A stretch of DNA of 64,000 nucleotides from Candidatus Latescibacterota bacterium (GCA_965222605.1 OZ244960.1:1344001-1408000), one strand, 5' to 3'. Numbered from the stretch's first letter, positions 49,290 through 60,135 are shown. Numbers and translations: made by a program. Notes: generated by a model from the sequence alone, not told the origin.

Positions 49290-50378
49290 ATGATCACCTA
49301 CGACACACTCGGCGTAAAACCATTTATCAACGCGAGTGGCACCATTACCACACTCGGCGGTAGCTTAATGCCAGATGAAGTGCTGGAGGCGATGTGCGTG
49401 GCGGGAGGGTCATTTGTCGATTTGAACGACCTGCTTGTAAAAGCAGGTGAATATCTGGCAAAACGCATTGGCGTACCTGCGGCCTTTATTTCGTGTGGCG
49501 CCGCCAGCGGTGTACAATTATCCGCTGCGGCGTGTTTGACAGGACCTGACATAACAAAAGCGCGCCAGTTGCCACATACACAGGGATGGAAAAACGAATT
49601 TGTAATCAGCCTGGTCGATAGCCATACGTACATCCATCAGGGCATTGAAGTCTGCGGTGGCAAACTCGTGCGGGTTGGCAGCGAACATGCGGTAACCAGT
49701 GAAGACCTCATTGGCGGAATCGGTGAAAAAACAGCGGCTGTGGTACATTTCCTGGGCAAACAGAGCAAAGAACAGCTTGCAGAAATCATTGTCGGCGCCA
49801 AAAAAAAAGGCGTACCCGTCATGGTAGATGCGGCTGCACAGTTGCCTCCCCGTTCAAACTTAACCGAATTCGTCGAAATGGGCGCAAGCCTGGTGACATT
49901 CAGCGGCGGCAAAGGATTGTGCGGGCCTCAAAACAGCGGTCTGGTCGTGGGCAAAGAGGATTACGTAGAAGCCGTGCGGATCAATGCGAGTCCACATTCG
50001 GCCATTGGACGCGGCATGAAAGTAGGCAAAGAAGAGCTCCTGGGATTAATCGCGGCTGTAGATCTGTTTTTGAGCCGAAGCGATCGCGAAGATCACCAGC
50101 GCTGGCACGGACAAGCTCGCGTTGTCGTAGATGCGGTCAAACATATCGCAAACGCTTATGTGATGACCGAAGGACAGGACGCCGCGCCCGAGTTCGCGCC
50201 GCGCGCATACATAGACCTGCCGGATGAACAGCGCGATGCCGTGATACATGCATTAAAAGAAGGCGAGCCGTCAATTGTCGTGCGGCGAAGTGCCAGAGGG
50301 ATTTTGATCGACCCGATGACCATGCAAATGGGTGAAGAGGCCGTAGTCGCTAAAAAATTGCAGGAGGTATTGACATGA
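49290..50378 (+). CDS. SelA-like PLP enzyme (DgaE / D-glucosaminate-6-P ammonia-lyase-like)
   Basis: INASGTITTLGGS, VDAAAQLPP, FSGGKGLCGPQ, IGRGMKVGKEE. Confidence 0.8.
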   Translation: MITYDTLGVKPFINASGTITTLGGSLMPDEVLEAMCVAGGSFVDLNDLLVKAGEYLAKRIGVPAAFISCGAASGVQLSAAACLTGPDITKARQLPHTQGWKNEFVISLVDSHTYIHQGIEVCGGKLVRVGSEHAVTSEDLIGGIGEKTAAVVHFLGKQSKEQLAEIIVGAKKKGVPVMVDAAAQLPPRSNLTEFVEMGASLVTFSGGKGLCGPQNSGLVVGKEDYVEAVRINASPHSAIGRGMKVGKEELLGLIAAVDLFLSRSDREDHQRWHGQARVVVDAVKHIANAYVMTEGQDAAPEFAPRAYIDLPDEQRDAVIHALKEGEPSIVVRRSARGILIDPMTMQMGEEAVVAKKLQEVLT

Positions 50379-51202
50379 TCGACGCACATTTGCATCTCAC
50401 GCACAACGGCAGATCGGTTGAAGAAACCATCACACATATCGAAGCCATCGGCGCAAAAAAAGCCGTGATGCTACCCATTGAAGATGGCGACGACGAGTTT
50501 GGTTGGATGACCGAAGACATCGTAAAGGCGCATCGGGATCATCCGGATACCATCATTCCCTTCTGCCATGTAGATGTCACGCGAGAAGACGCCGTGCCCG
50601 AACTGGAAAAACGCGCCGCCAGTGGCATTTTTAAGGGCTATGGCGAACAAAAACAGCACCTGCGACTGGACGATCCGCGATTGGAAAAAGTATTGGCAGT
50701 CTGCAATGAATTGCATTGGCCCGTAACATGGCATTTTCAAGAAGGCAAGCGGGGATATAATCAGGGGATTGAACACCTCGAAGTGCTCCTAAAAAAATTC
50801 CCAAATATTAAGTTCATCGGCCATGCCCAATCGTGGTGGACGCATATCAGCGCCGACGTACCCGCTCCCGAAGAGACCCTGTATCCCACAGGCCCGGTCA
50901 AACCCGGCGGCTTAATAGATCGGCTATTGGCAGACTATCCCAATATGTTTGCCGATTTATCAGCGGGTTCGGGTTTGGGTGGCCTCACGCGAGACGAAGA
51001 TTTTACCGCAGGATTTCTGGAGCGGCATGGCAAAAAACTGATGTTTGCCACAGATTGTCCATGCAGGGATGGCAAAGGTGCAGGCCTCTCCCGCGGCGCG
51101 TGTTTCGCGCAATTGAGCCTTCCATTCCTCAACCGCATGCTCGCCCCCGGCGCACTGGAGGATATCTTGCACAACAATGCGGTGAGGATTTTAAATCTGT
51201 GA
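50375..51202 (+). CDS. amidohydrolase family 2 protein
   Basis: IDAHLH, FIGHA, ADLSAGSG, FATD. Confidence 0.8.
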   Translation: MIDAHLHLTHNGRSVEETITHIEAIGAKKAVMLPIEDGDDEFGWMTEDIVKAHRDHPDTIIPFCHVDVTREDAVPELEKRAASGIFKGYGEQKQHLRLDDPRLEKVLAVCNELHWPVTWHFQEGKRGYNQGIEHLEVLLKKFPNIKFIGHAQSWWTHISADVPAPEETLYPTGPVKPGGLIDRLLADYPNMFADLSAGSGLGGLTRDEDFTAGFLERHGKKLMFATDCPCRDGKGAGLSRGACFAQLSLPFLNRMLAPGALEDILHNNAVRILNL

Positions 51203-51230
51203 AAAGCAGACTATCATACAGGGGCGTAGT

Positions 51231-52142
51231 TTGAAAAAAGTTTATGTGTTGCTGACAATGGACTGCGAGACGGCCAAGTCCGACGTGGCCCCCCATGCCA
51301 GGCGGATGTCGGGCAGTGGCCCTGCGGATTACCGGGAGAGTGAACGGTCAATCTATTTTTACGTTGAGACAGCAAAGGCGTACGGGTTTCCTGTCACGCT
51401 TTTTGCGCACCCGGAGGTAGCGCTGGAGAATGCGGATCTGCTTCAGACGCTGCAGGATCAGGGCGCGTGTTTGGGGCTGCATTTACATCCATACAAGCTC
51501 AGAGGAGGAAGATACAGATACGATCTGGGCGCATATTCTGCGCGTGCGCAGCGCGAGATTATTCAAGAGGCAATGCAGGTATGGGCGTCTGCGCTGGGCA
51601 AGACGCCCCGTTATTTCAGAGCGGGTTATTTTTCGGCCAATGATTGCACATTCGGCGTGCTGCGCGAACTGGGATTTGTGGGCGGCAGTCTTTCAAATCC
51701 GGGACGGATTTTGCCCGCGCACTGCAGTGTTTGGGCCGGTGCAGAGCCCTATCCCCACCGGGCGCATCTGGGGTTTCGTTTGATTCGAGGAGATAGCGAC
51801 TTTATCAATGTGCCGGTATCTGCAGCATTTGGCAGACCAGTTGCGCAAGGCCATGCGGGCGAACGGGGTTATGAGTGGTCCTATGTTCCGCACACGTACG
51901 ACCACAGGGCGGTTATTCGGGATGTGCTGAATCGTTTTCGGACCGAAGATTCCCAGTTCGGCACCCTTGTGACGGACAGCCATAATGATCAGGATTATTC
52001 CGACCCCAGGCATCCCGCAAGGCAGAACCTGGAGTTGATACTCAGATCGATTGGAGATTTCTGCGGGCAGATGGAAATGATCCCCAGGGGGATTACGCTC
52101 GATGCCCTGTGTGAGCTTGTTCTGGCGGATGGGGATGCGTAG
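51231..52142 (+). CDS. polysaccharide deacetylase-like protein
   Basis: LTMDCE, LGLHLHP, FRAG. Confidence 0.65.
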   Translation: MKKVYVLLTMDCETAKSDVAPHARRMSGSGPADYRESERSIYFYVETAKAYGFPVTLFAHPEVALENADLLQTLQDQGACLGLHLHPYKLRGGRYRYDLGAYSARAQREIIQEAMQVWASALGKTPRYFRAGYFSANDCTFGVLRELGFVGGSLSNPGRILPAHCSVWAGAEPYPHRAHLGFRLIRGDSDFINVPVSAAFGRPVAQGHAGERGYEWSYVPHTYDHRAVIRDVLNRFRTEDSQFGTLVTDSHNDQDYSDPRHPARQNLELILRSIGDFCGQMEMIPRGITLDALCELVLADGDA

Positions 52143-52166
52143 CGCGTTATTGAACAGGAGGAGACC

Positions 52167-52979
52167 GTGCGAATCGATTCTCACGTACACGTATGGACAA
52201 TGGGGGCACCGCCGTTTACCCATAATGATGATATGACCACGCAACGGCCCGATTATCCAGGGCTGGTGGAAAATCTCGTCAGGTACATGAACCTCAATGA
52301 AATCGACCGCACCGTGCTGATCCAGTGTATGTATCACGGGTATGACAATCGCTATATGTGCGATTGTTTGAGGCGATTTCCAGATCGCCTGCACGGGGTG
52401 GCGCTGATCGATCCCCTGAAAACCGACGCACCCGAAACGCTGGCGCGCCTGCACCGGGACCACGGGGTGCAGGGGATGCGATTGTATCCGATTAAAGATC
52501 GGGATGCGTCGTGGTTGTCAGGCCCTGGGCAGCATGCGCTTTGGGAGACGGCACAAAGGCTGGGCGTGCCGTTTACATGGTTTGGACGCTGCCATCAGAT
52601 TCCACTACTGGAGCCGATGTTGCAGCAATTTCCCGAGGTAAATGTAATTGTAGATCATCTGGGCGAACCGATCCTGTCCGAGGGGCTGGATTTCGGGATT
52701 TTGCTGGCAGCGGCAAAGTATCCCAATCTTTTTGTAAAAGCGACCCGGATTGATGGGATTTCCGAGCAGCCCTGGCCGCACGAGGATGTGTATCCCTATG
52801 TCAGAGCCGTGTACGAGGCTTTTGGGCCTGAACGGATGCTGGGATGTACGGGTTTTCCGGAGAATCCGCAGCGCGGGGAGGCAGTTGGTTTTCGCGTGGT
52901 TGAAGCGATGGATTTTCTGTCAGATGAAGACAGAGCATGGATTTTGGGCAAGACAACCGATGCACTCTATGGCGCATAA
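52167..52979 (+). CDS. amidohydrolase family 2 (lactonase-like)
   Basis: IDSHVHVW, YDNRY, VDHLGEP, AFGPERML; AGGAGGAG RBS. Confidence 0.85.
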   Translation: MRIDSHVHVWTMGAPPFTHNDDMTTQRPDYPGLVENLVRYMNLNEIDRTVLIQCMYHGYDNRYMCDCLRRFPDRLHGVALIDPLKTDAPETLARLHRDHGVQGMRLYPIKDRDASWLSGPGQHALWETAQRLGVPFTWFGRCHQIPLLEPMLQQFPEVNVIVDHLGEPILSEGLDFGILLAAAKYPNLFVKATRIDGISEQPWPHEDVYPYVRAVYEAFGPERMLGCTGFPENPQRGEAVGFRVVEAMDFLSDEDRAWILGKTTDALYGA

Positions 52980-52992
52980 GGGAAAGGACAAC

Positions 52993-55794
52993 ATGAAAAG
53001 CGCGTACAAACCCGGGGATATCGAAAACGCCCGGCAAAATCTATCTCGCTACAGTTGGGCGCAGGAAATCGTGAATAGCTGGGCGCAAAGCGTTGCATTT
53101 GCCATGCAGCAAGATCGAGCGTTTTTCGACACGATGATCCCCGAATTGACCCCTGGCACGGATTACGGTCAAAACTGTCCAAATTGTGTGGGCAAGCAAT
53201 CGTTAATGGGCGGCGTACTCTTTGACTGGCACATTGACAGTCCAGATGAAATTACGTGTCGCGCCTGTGGCGCAGTTTACCCCAATGCGCAGTATCCAGA
53301 GACCGGCGTACTCGTATGCCCGCGGATGGGTCAACAGTTCACCTATTACGAGACGCCCGAAGAAGTAGCCGATCCCGAAAATCGCGCAAAGCACGCGCTC
53401 AAATGGCTCGGGGACCGCCCTACAATGACGAGCTTTAGCGGTCATATTCGAGATCGCAAAGTGGGCTGGGCACGAAGCCAGGCATTAACACTCGCCAAGC
53501 TGTACGCGGTGACAGGTGAAATTGGATACGCGGAGCGCGCGATGTGGATTCTCGACCGCATCGCCCGGGTATTCCCGAATTATCTCTACCATTCCTACGA
53601 CGGAAGTGTTGCGGACTGGCCGCCTGCAGAGGTGGCGGCCAACATGGGCAAAGAAGAGGCAGAGGGTGGCCCTCGCGGGGGGCGTTTTCCAAAAGATGCG
53701 ATCTGCCATGCCTATGGTTTGCACCAGTTTGAGGATTATTCGACGATGAACAATGGATTCTGGGGTGCGGGCCGCATGAACGTCCACGGAAAGGGAAGCG
53801 ATGCCGGGGCACTATTTGTATTGACCGTTGCCTACGACCTGATCCGCAATGCAGAATACGCGCCTGGCCGCCGACTGATAGACAGGGATACAGAGCGGCG
53901 CATAACAGAGGACTTAATTCTGGCCGGATGTGCGGACATGATGCATTGGAACTCCCTCAGCAATAAGGGCACAGCCGTTTTTGTATTGAGCGCCGCAGTG
54001 GGAATGCTTCTAAATCATCCGCAGAAGGTGCGACACGCACTGGACGGCTTCAATCGGATGCTGGCGGAGCGATATCATCACGATGGCTTTTACTCGGAGT
54101 CGCCAGCCTATTCGGCTCACAATCTTTCCAACGTGCATGAACTGGCCGATTTGCTACACGGCTATAGCGATCCTCCCGGTTATCAGCCAGAGGAAGGCGA
54201 GCGGATTGAACACCTGGACATGTTTTCAAGCGGACGTTACCCGCTTTCCCTCCTATCTCTGGCGAGAATGCTCGCGCCCGGCAACCGCATGCCAATAATT
54301 GGCGATACGCGGTACGATACCGAAGCGGACCTTCTTTCCGCTGAGATTCTCGCTGCCCGTCTCGGTGGTGCGTACGCCGGTTTACTGGAACTTGTTCAGG
54401 GGGCGCCTTTATCCGAAAAAGGCCGAGAATACGCGCTGTGGTACCGCCCTTATGATCTACGATCAGAGGCAACGACGCTACCCATGCATACCGAGTGGTT
54501 CCCCGGCTGGCATGTAGGCGTCTTGCGCGGCGGTCGAAATGACACCGCGCTTTATCTAAATGGCAATGAGCACCTGTGGACTCTGCAAACCAGTCACCGG
54601 CAGCAAGATATCTTGAGCCTGAGCTATTACGCTTATGGGGAGGAACTCGCCTCGGACCGCGGTTATTTTTCCGGCAGCAGCCAGCAGCTTCCAGACGGAC
54701 GCAGTGGACAGGTCTGGGTGAAAAGCAGTCTGTCGCACAATCTGGTGGTAGTCGATGAAGAAGAGCAGAACAACACAGCTTGCGGTTCCAACCTGGAGTT
54801 ATTTGGCACAGCACCCGGCATTGAAGTCGTACAGGCTTCGGGCGTAAATGTGTACCCCCAATGCCAGGAATATCGACGCACCTGCGCGATGGTGACAACG
54901 CCAGAGGGGCACACTTATAGTGTGGATCTTTTCCGGGTCAAAGGCGGGCAGATCCATCAATACAATTTCCACTGCAATGGCTCACCAACGGGCCTGAAAC
55001 CATCAAAGCCATCGCCGCAGGCAGTAGCTTTAGGAGACGCCTGGAATATGTGGCTCGAAAATCCACAGGCGATTGCGCCCCAGAGACCGACCACATTTAC
55101 ATGGCAATTTCGGGATGTGAATCTGGATCTGATGTTGCTGAATGTGCCACACCGCATTATTCTCGCAGATGCGCCGGGCTGGCGGGTTGGAACACCTGAG
55201 GAATTGGAAAAACCATTGATCAGACAAATTCTGGCGGAACACTGCGCCGCGGAAGGCAATGAGGCACTTGCAAGCCAGTATGCCGCTGTGATTGCGCCCT
55301 ACAAAACCGAAAGTTCTCCACTACTTGGGGCGCGGTTGCTCACAGACGATTCAGACGCTGGTGTTCTGGCGATTGAAGTAAAATTATCGGACCGCACCGA
55401 TTATATTATTTCGACAAAGGACGAAAAAGAGCGACAATTCGGCCCCGTAACCGCTGCCGCGCAATTTGCATTTGTGTCGGTAAATGATCAAGGCATACAG
55501 GGCTATTTGTTGAACGGCACAGTATTGTCGTGTGGCGATCTGAAAATTTCACTCACAGAGGCAAGCACCACTCTGAAGGTGCAGTCCGTGGAGGAAAGTG
55601 TATTTCATCTCGCAGAACCATTGCAGAACCCACATGCTGTCGTCGGCTCTTATTTGCTGGCCGGAGAGTCACCCCAGACGGGTTTTGAAATTGCATCTGC
55701 CACAGAAAACGCGATTACCGTGCGGGACTATCCCGCGATTATTTGTGACGAAGTCAGAATCTTAAATTCCGCCTGGGCGCATGTCGCGCCTTAA
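52993..55794 (+). CDS. heparinase II/III-like polysaccharide lyase with N-terminal Cys-rich insert
   Basis: DGFYSESPAY, HRQQD, DRGY, SHNLVVVD, YRRT, DLFRVKGG; CPNC/CRAC; start MKSAYK after AAGGA. Confidence 0.7.
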   Translation: MKSAYKPGDIENARQNLSRYSWAQEIVNSWAQSVAFAMQQDRAFFDTMIPELTPGTDYGQNCPNCVGKQSLMGGVLFDWHIDSPDEITCRACGAVYPNAQYPETGVLVCPRMGQQFTYYETPEEVADPENRAKHALKWLGDRPTMTSFSGHIRDRKVGWARSQALTLAKLYAVTGEIGYAERAMWILDRIARVFPNYLYHSYDGSVADWPPAEVAANMGKEEAEGGPRGGRFPKDAICHAYGLHQFEDYSTMNNGFWGAGRMNVHGKGSDAGALFVLTVAYDLIRNAEYAPGRRLIDRDTERRITEDLILAGCADMMHWNSLSNKGTAVFVLSAAVGMLLNHPQKVRHALDGFNRMLAERYHHDGFYSESPAYSAHNLSNVHELADLLHGYSDPPGYQPEEGERIEHLDMFSSGRYPLSLLSLARMLAPGNRMPIIGDTRYDTEADLLSAEILAARLGGAYAGLLELVQGAPLSEKGREYALWYRPYDLRSEATTLPMHTEWFPGWHVGVLRGGRNDTALYLNGNEHLWTLQTSHRQQDILSLSYYAYGEELASDRGYFSGSSQQLPDGRSGQVWVKSSLSHNLVVVDEEEQNNTACGSNLELFGTAPGIEVVQASGVNVYPQCQEYRRTCAMVTTPEGHTYSVDLFRVKGGQIHQYNFHCNGSPTGLKPSKPSPQAVALGDAWNMWLENPQAIAPQRPTTFTWQFRDVNLDLMLLNVPHRIILADAPGWRVGTPEELEKPLIRQILAEHCAAEGNEALASQYAAVIAPYKTESSPLLGARLLTDDSDAGVLAIEVKLSDRTDYIISTKDEKERQFGPVTAAAQFAFVSVNDQGIQGYLLNGTVLSCGDLKISLTEASTTLKVQSVEESVFHLAEPLQNPHAVVGSYLLAGESPQTGFEIASATENAITVRDYPAIICDEVRILNSAWAHVAP

Positions 55795-55812
55795 AATAGG
55801 AAGGGATTTCAC

Positions 55813-56853
55813 ATGCAAATTTTTGATCAATATTCAGATCTCCTGCAATGGATTGAACAAAAGGGACACCCATCCCGCGTGCTCGGACATACGCCGGATG
55901 GGGCACCGCTGGTATGTCTCAGGACCGGAGGAGAGAAAACACCGGCTATTTTTATCAGCGCGGGCAGCCATTCGACAGAACAGGCCGGAGTCGGAGCGGC
56001 AATGGGACTTCTGGACGCGCTCGACACAAAACACCAGGTCTATGTGATTCCCAGCCGCGATCCAATGGGAATGAACGGATATGCGTACGCGCTGAGCTTG
56101 AGCCTCGGCGAAGAGCCGGAATTAAACTCCATAGAGGACGTCGAGAAAATTCTGAAGGCACGCGGCGAGGTGCTTTACGAAGAAGATGAAACAGTACTCG
56201 CGATTATAGGCGAATACGGATATTCAACGACGGGACTTCTGGGAAAATTCGAGGTAGGAGCCGAATTTCTAAAACCGCTCTTCGGGCGGCGCATTTTCTA
56301 TCCTTCGAGTGCCGAAGGCATTGAAGGCACTGCCCCCTGCCAGAGAGCCTATACGCTAATTGTCAGTCCAGAAGGCGAGGTATTGCACATCAATCGCTTT
56401 CACGATACAGCATGGTCACCTTTGGAACCGCGTTGTACGCGCAATTTGATGGCCGAAATTCAACCCGGACTGACGCTGGATCTGCACGAATACGGAGGAG
56501 ACGGCTTCTGGTTCTCTGCCCGCCACCAGCGCAATGAGGATGATGAAATATGGGAAAAACGGATGGCAGATGCGATAATTCGTTCGGTTGCCGATTCCGG
56601 AGCTAAACTATCTCCAGAAAATTATTCGCCCGGATCGTTTTTTGAGACAGGAGAACGCGGCGTATTCTGGTTGATCGCCCAGGAACGAGGAGAGGGTCTC
56701 AATCTGGCCGATTACGGAGCGCATCAGTACGGTCCGTCGTTTACAATTGAGACGGGAATGACCATGCAAGGCGGTTATCAGGAGCGAGTGCAAACGTCTA
56801 TGCTGGCAGCGCAAACCGCGATTTCGATTTTTGAAGAACGCTGGCATAAATAA
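55813..56853 (+). CDS. M14 zinc carboxypeptidase/deacylase-like protein
   Basis: GSHSTE, NRF, DLHE, TIET. Confidence 0.65.
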   Translation: MQIFDQYSDLLQWIEQKGHPSRVLGHTPDGAPLVCLRTGGEKTPAIFISAGSHSTEQAGVGAAMGLLDALDTKHQVYVIPSRDPMGMNGYAYALSLSLGEEPELNSIEDVEKILKARGEVLYEEDETVLAIIGEYGYSTTGLLGKFEVGAEFLKPLFGRRIFYPSSAEGIEGTAPCQRAYTLIVSPEGEVLHINRFHDTAWSPLEPRCTRNLMAEIQPGLTLDLHEYGGDGFWFSARHQRNEDDEIWEKRMADAIIRSVADSGAKLSPENYSPGSFFETGERGVFWLIAQERGEGLNLADYGAHQYGPSFTIETGMTMQGGYQERVQTSMLAAQTAISIFEERWHK

Positions 56854-56866
56854 GGCGATTGCATGT

Positions 56867-57124
56867 TCATGCAGGAGATCGCGATTCCGCGATTAACGAA
56901 CGGAGTGCTTTGTTTACAGAATTGGAATCGGGGAAATGTTGTTTTACATCTGGATCTAACATAATAGAACCGTCTTCCTCTATGAAACAGCGGGTTTCTA
57001 TTGAGCCATCCTCTTTTTTTATTTTAACCGTATGTCCTTCACGGTAAGCCTTAAAATGTTTTCCCCGAACCCCATCAGAGAAATCGTATTCCGATCGCAT
57101 TTTCTTATCTTTATTGTCCTTCAT
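56867..57124 (-). CDS. BrnA-like antitoxin
   Basis: EYDFSDGVRGK, LDPDV..FPDS.SVNKALRSL; overlaps brnT. Confidence 0.7.
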   Translation of the reverse strand: MKDNKDKKMRSEYDFSDGVRGKHFKAYREGHTVKIKKEDGSIETRCFIEEDGSIMLDPDVKQHFPDSNSVNKALRSLIAESRSPA

Positions 57125-57389
57125 AATTGCGTTGCTCCCTTCGGGTGGCTTCTCTACTGCTGATGAGACGTATTCGTGACCCTCTTTCTGTATAGGATAC
57201 TACGAGAAATCTTCCCTTTGATGAAAGTCCCAAATCAATATATCGATCTTCATTTATCGAATGATCTGGATCATAAACTGTAATAGCAAAAGGATCGTTA
57301 AAGATTGTCTTGGCTTCTTCGAAACTGACACCGTGTTTTCTCTCGTTTTTCCTGGATTTATTCTCATCCCATTCAAATATCAGTGACAA
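57111..57389 (-). CDS. brnT: BrnT-family ribonuclease toxin
   Basis: FEWDENK..N.RKHGVSFEEA, EDRY, IRLISSR.AT..E. Confidence 0.88.
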   Translation of the reverse strand: MSLIFEWDENKSRKNERKHGVSFEEAKTIFNDPFAITVYDPDHSINEDRYIDLGLSSKGRFLVVSYTERGSRIRLISSREATRREQRNYEGQ

Positions 57390-57488
57390 AGGTACATCTC
57401 CATTTTGCTTGATTTGTTACATTTGTAATATTTCAATAATAGCCAAATTTTACGCGTACTACAAGAGAAGAAATCAAAAGGGCGAATA

Positions 57489-57803
57489 ATGGACAATATC
57501 TTCACAGATATCCCGAAATCACCAAAAGATGAATTTTTTGAAGTCTTGCTAACTGACAAAAGCCTGAAAATAGAACGCATTGTTTCACGCGGGCATCGCT
57601 CACCTGCTTCAGGCTGGTACGACCAGGAGCAAAACGAATGGGTGATGGTCGTACGCGGCAAAGCCACCATTTCGTATAAAGACGGCTCGTCAGTCCACCT
57701 CAAAACAGGAGATTATATTAACATCCCCGCCCACACCGAGCATCAAGTGACATGGACGGATCCCGACAATGATACGATTTGGCTGGCTGTGCATTACCCG
57801 TGA
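57489..57803 (+). CDS. small cupin domain protein
   Basis: IERIVSRG, WYDQ..EWV, IPAH..HQV.WT. Confidence 0.85.
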   Translation: MDNIFTDIPKSPKDEFFEVLLTDKSLKIERIVSRGHRSPASGWYDQEQNEWVMVVRGKATISYKDGSSVHLKTGDYINIPAHTEHQVTWTDPDNDTIWLAVHYP

Positions 57804-57816
57804 GGGGCATCGCGTT

Positions 57817-59136
57817 ATGAATTTAATTCAAAAAATCGCGCTATATGCATTTGTCGCGCTTATCGCGTGTGGTGGAGATAATCCCGCAAGTCAAGAAGGC
57901 GGAGATAATCCCACAGATAGCGGTTTGGATGCACACCGCTTTGATATTACGGAAAATCAGACCAGCGATTTTGGCATGAACACGCCTGGGGGACGCGGGG
58001 GCAGGGTCATTCGAGTGACAAATCTGTTGGCGAGTGGACAGGGATCACTGGATGCGGCACTATCTGCATCGGGACCGCGTATTGTAGTATTTGAAGTGGG
58101 AGGGGTAATTGATCTGAACAAAACGCGGTTGAACATTCGCGAGCCGTATGTAACTGTGGCGGGACAAACCGCGCCGAGTCCGGGCATTACAATCATTCGC
58201 GGTGCAATTTTTATTCAGACACACGATGTAATTTTGCAACATATTCGGGTGCGCCCAGGCGATGCGGGGGAACTCAAGAGAAGCGGATGGGAGCCTGATG
58301 GCATCTCCACAGCGGGTGGTGATGCGTACAATGTGTTGATCGAGTACTGTTCGATTTCATGGGCAGTGGATGAAAATTTAAGCGCATCTGGTCCAAATAC
58401 CGAGGGACCAGATGCGACTTCCCGTCGCATCGCGTTTGTCAATTGCATTATCGCCGAATGCCTGAATGATGCATCGCACAGCAAAGGCCCGCACTCCATG
58501 GGATCGCTGATCCACGATTTTTGTCGAGAGATCGCCATTATCGGCAATTTGTATGCCCACAATGCAAATCGCAATCCGTATTTCAAGGCATTTACAACCG
58601 GGGTGATCGTGAACAATTTGATTTACAACCCGGGGTCTCGGGCGATTCAACTGAGTTTTTCAGATAGCGAGTTTAGCGATACCAATATTATCCCGCAAAA
58701 TGCGCGCGTGAGTGTGGTGGGCAATGTGATGATTCACGGTGGAAATACGCGGTCGGGACTGGCATTGGTGTCCTCAAAGGGCGATGCGTATCTCGAGGAT
58801 AATATCGCGCTGGATCGAACGGGTGCTGCTGTGCCTTTGACCTCGGGCAATATCCGCATTTTGAATGAAAAGCCGATCTGGGGTAATATCACACCATTGC
58901 CCGCATCGGCGGTTGTGGATCATGTAGTGCAGAGTGCGGGTGCGCGTCCGAAAGACCGCGATGAAATTGATAAACGGATTATAAGCGAGTTTCTCGCGCG
59001 CGAAGGTCGGATGATCGATAGCCAGCAAGAGGTAGGCGGCTATCCCCCGATCAATATGGTCAGGCGACCGCTGGATATTCCCGCGGATGTGGATGCGTGG
59101 TTGGCGCGACTCGCGGCAGAGCTTGAAGGGAATTAA
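57817..59136 (+). CDS. pectate lyase (PL1-like) lipoprotein
   Basis: lipobox LIAC, GGRGGRV, GPRIVVFEVGG, AGQTAP, SWAVDE, RNP. Confidence 0.85.
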   Translation: MNLIQKIALYAFVALIACGGDNPASQEGGDNPTDSGLDAHRFDITENQTSDFGMNTPGGRGGRVIRVTNLLASGQGSLDAALSASGPRIVVFEVGGVIDLNKTRLNIREPYVTVAGQTAPSPGITIIRGAIFIQTHDVILQHIRVRPGDAGELKRSGWEPDGISTAGGDAYNVLIEYCSISWAVDENLSASGPNTEGPDATSRRIAFVNCIIAECLNDASHSKGPHSMGSLIHDFCREIAIIGNLYAHNANRNPYFKAFTTGVIVNNLIYNPGSRAIQLSFSDSEFSDTNIIPQNARVSVVGNVMIHGGNTRSGLALVSSKGDAYLEDNIALDRTGAAVPLTSGNIRILNEKPIWGNITPLPASAVVDHVVQSAGARPKDRDEIDKRIISEFLAREGRMIDSQQEVGGYPPINMVRRPLDIPADVDAWLARLAAELEGN

Positions 59137-59169
59137 CCGTTAAAAAAGAAAGGATCGGAGAACACACAA

Positions 59170-60042
59170 ATGGAAAAACGAACACTTGGACGCACTGGAC
59201 ATCAGAGCACTGTAGCGACCTTTGGCGCATTCTCGGTGGGATATGTAGATCAGGACGAGGCAGACCGCGCCATACAACTCGTCCTTGACCACGGCGTAAA
59301 CCACATCGACATAGCGCCGAGCTACGGACACGCGATGGAGCGCGTGGCTCCGTGGATGCCCGACATACGGGACAAAGTATTCCTCGGCGCAAAAACAACC
59401 TATCGCACGCGCGACGAAGCGTGGCGAGATGTGGAACAAATGATGAAACGACTAAACGTCGAAAACTTCGACTTGTTTCAACTCCACTCAGTCGGCAATA
59501 TCCCCGAACTGGACAAAGCCATCGCATCGGGCGGCGCACTTGAAACCCTGATAGAAATGCGCGAACAGGGTCTGACCAAATGGCTGGGCATCACCGGGCA
59601 CGGACCGCAGGTTCCGAGTACCATCCTGGAAAGCCTGAAACGCTTCGACTTCGACACCATCATGTTCCCCCTGAATCCGGCAAGCATGCGGGACGCGAAT
59701 TATCGCCGGGACGCCGAAGCACTACTCGCCGAGGCAAACGCACGCAACATCGGCATCCAAACAATCAAAATGATCGCGCGCGGCGGCTGGGCTGAAAATT
59801 CAAAAGATTGCCACACCTGGTACGACCCGCACCGGGAACAAGAAGCCATTGACCGTTCCCTGTGGTGGGTCCTATCCCAGCCGATACACACCGCTCCCAC
59901 CTGCGGCGAAATCAGCTTACTGCCAAAAGTCCTCAACGCCGCCGAGCGATTCGTCCCCCTCACTCCTGACGAACAAGTAGCCGCCATCGCCGCACAGCGC
60001 CCACCCCAACCGCTTCCCGCACTGGCGATTCCCGAAATGTGA
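59170..60042 (+). CDS. aldo/keto reductase
   Basis: RTLGRTG, IDIAPSYG, GAKT, FQLH, GITGH. Confidence 0.9.
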   Translation: MEKRTLGRTGHQSTVATFGAFSVGYVDQDEADRAIQLVLDHGVNHIDIAPSYGHAMERVAPWMPDIRDKVFLGAKTTYRTRDEAWRDVEQMMKRLNVENFDLFQLHSVGNIPELDKAIASGGALETLIEMREQGLTKWLGITGHGPQVPSTILESLKRFDFDTIMFPLNPASMRDANYRRDAEALLAEANARNIGIQTIKMIARGGWAENSKDCHTWYDPHREQEAIDRSLWWVLSQPIHTAPTCGEISLLPKVLNAAERFVPLTPDEQVAAIAAQRPPQPLPALAIPEM

Positions 60043-60135
60043 AGATCCATCCGTAAGGACGCAAACTTTGCGTTGCCAACCGAGCAAAACTTTGGCATCA
60101 TGCAAAACCATCCTTAAAACAGAAAGGAGTTTATC

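Noticed and set aside
49290-50378. selenocysteine synthase selA supporting the ArsC UGA
   Set aside because: It is short (362 aa), lacks the SelA N-terminal domain, and its motifs and context fit DgaE-like lyases; it is not evidence for Sec machinery
52750-52992. N-terminal extension of the 1014-aa ORF
   Set aside because: It overlaps the upstream amidohydrolase; the RBS supports a start at 52993
60043-60135. fluoride riboswitch upstream of crcB
   Set aside because: The conserved GGCGATGG...TGATG core is not seen; only a short GACGCAAA/TTTGCGTT palindrome is present
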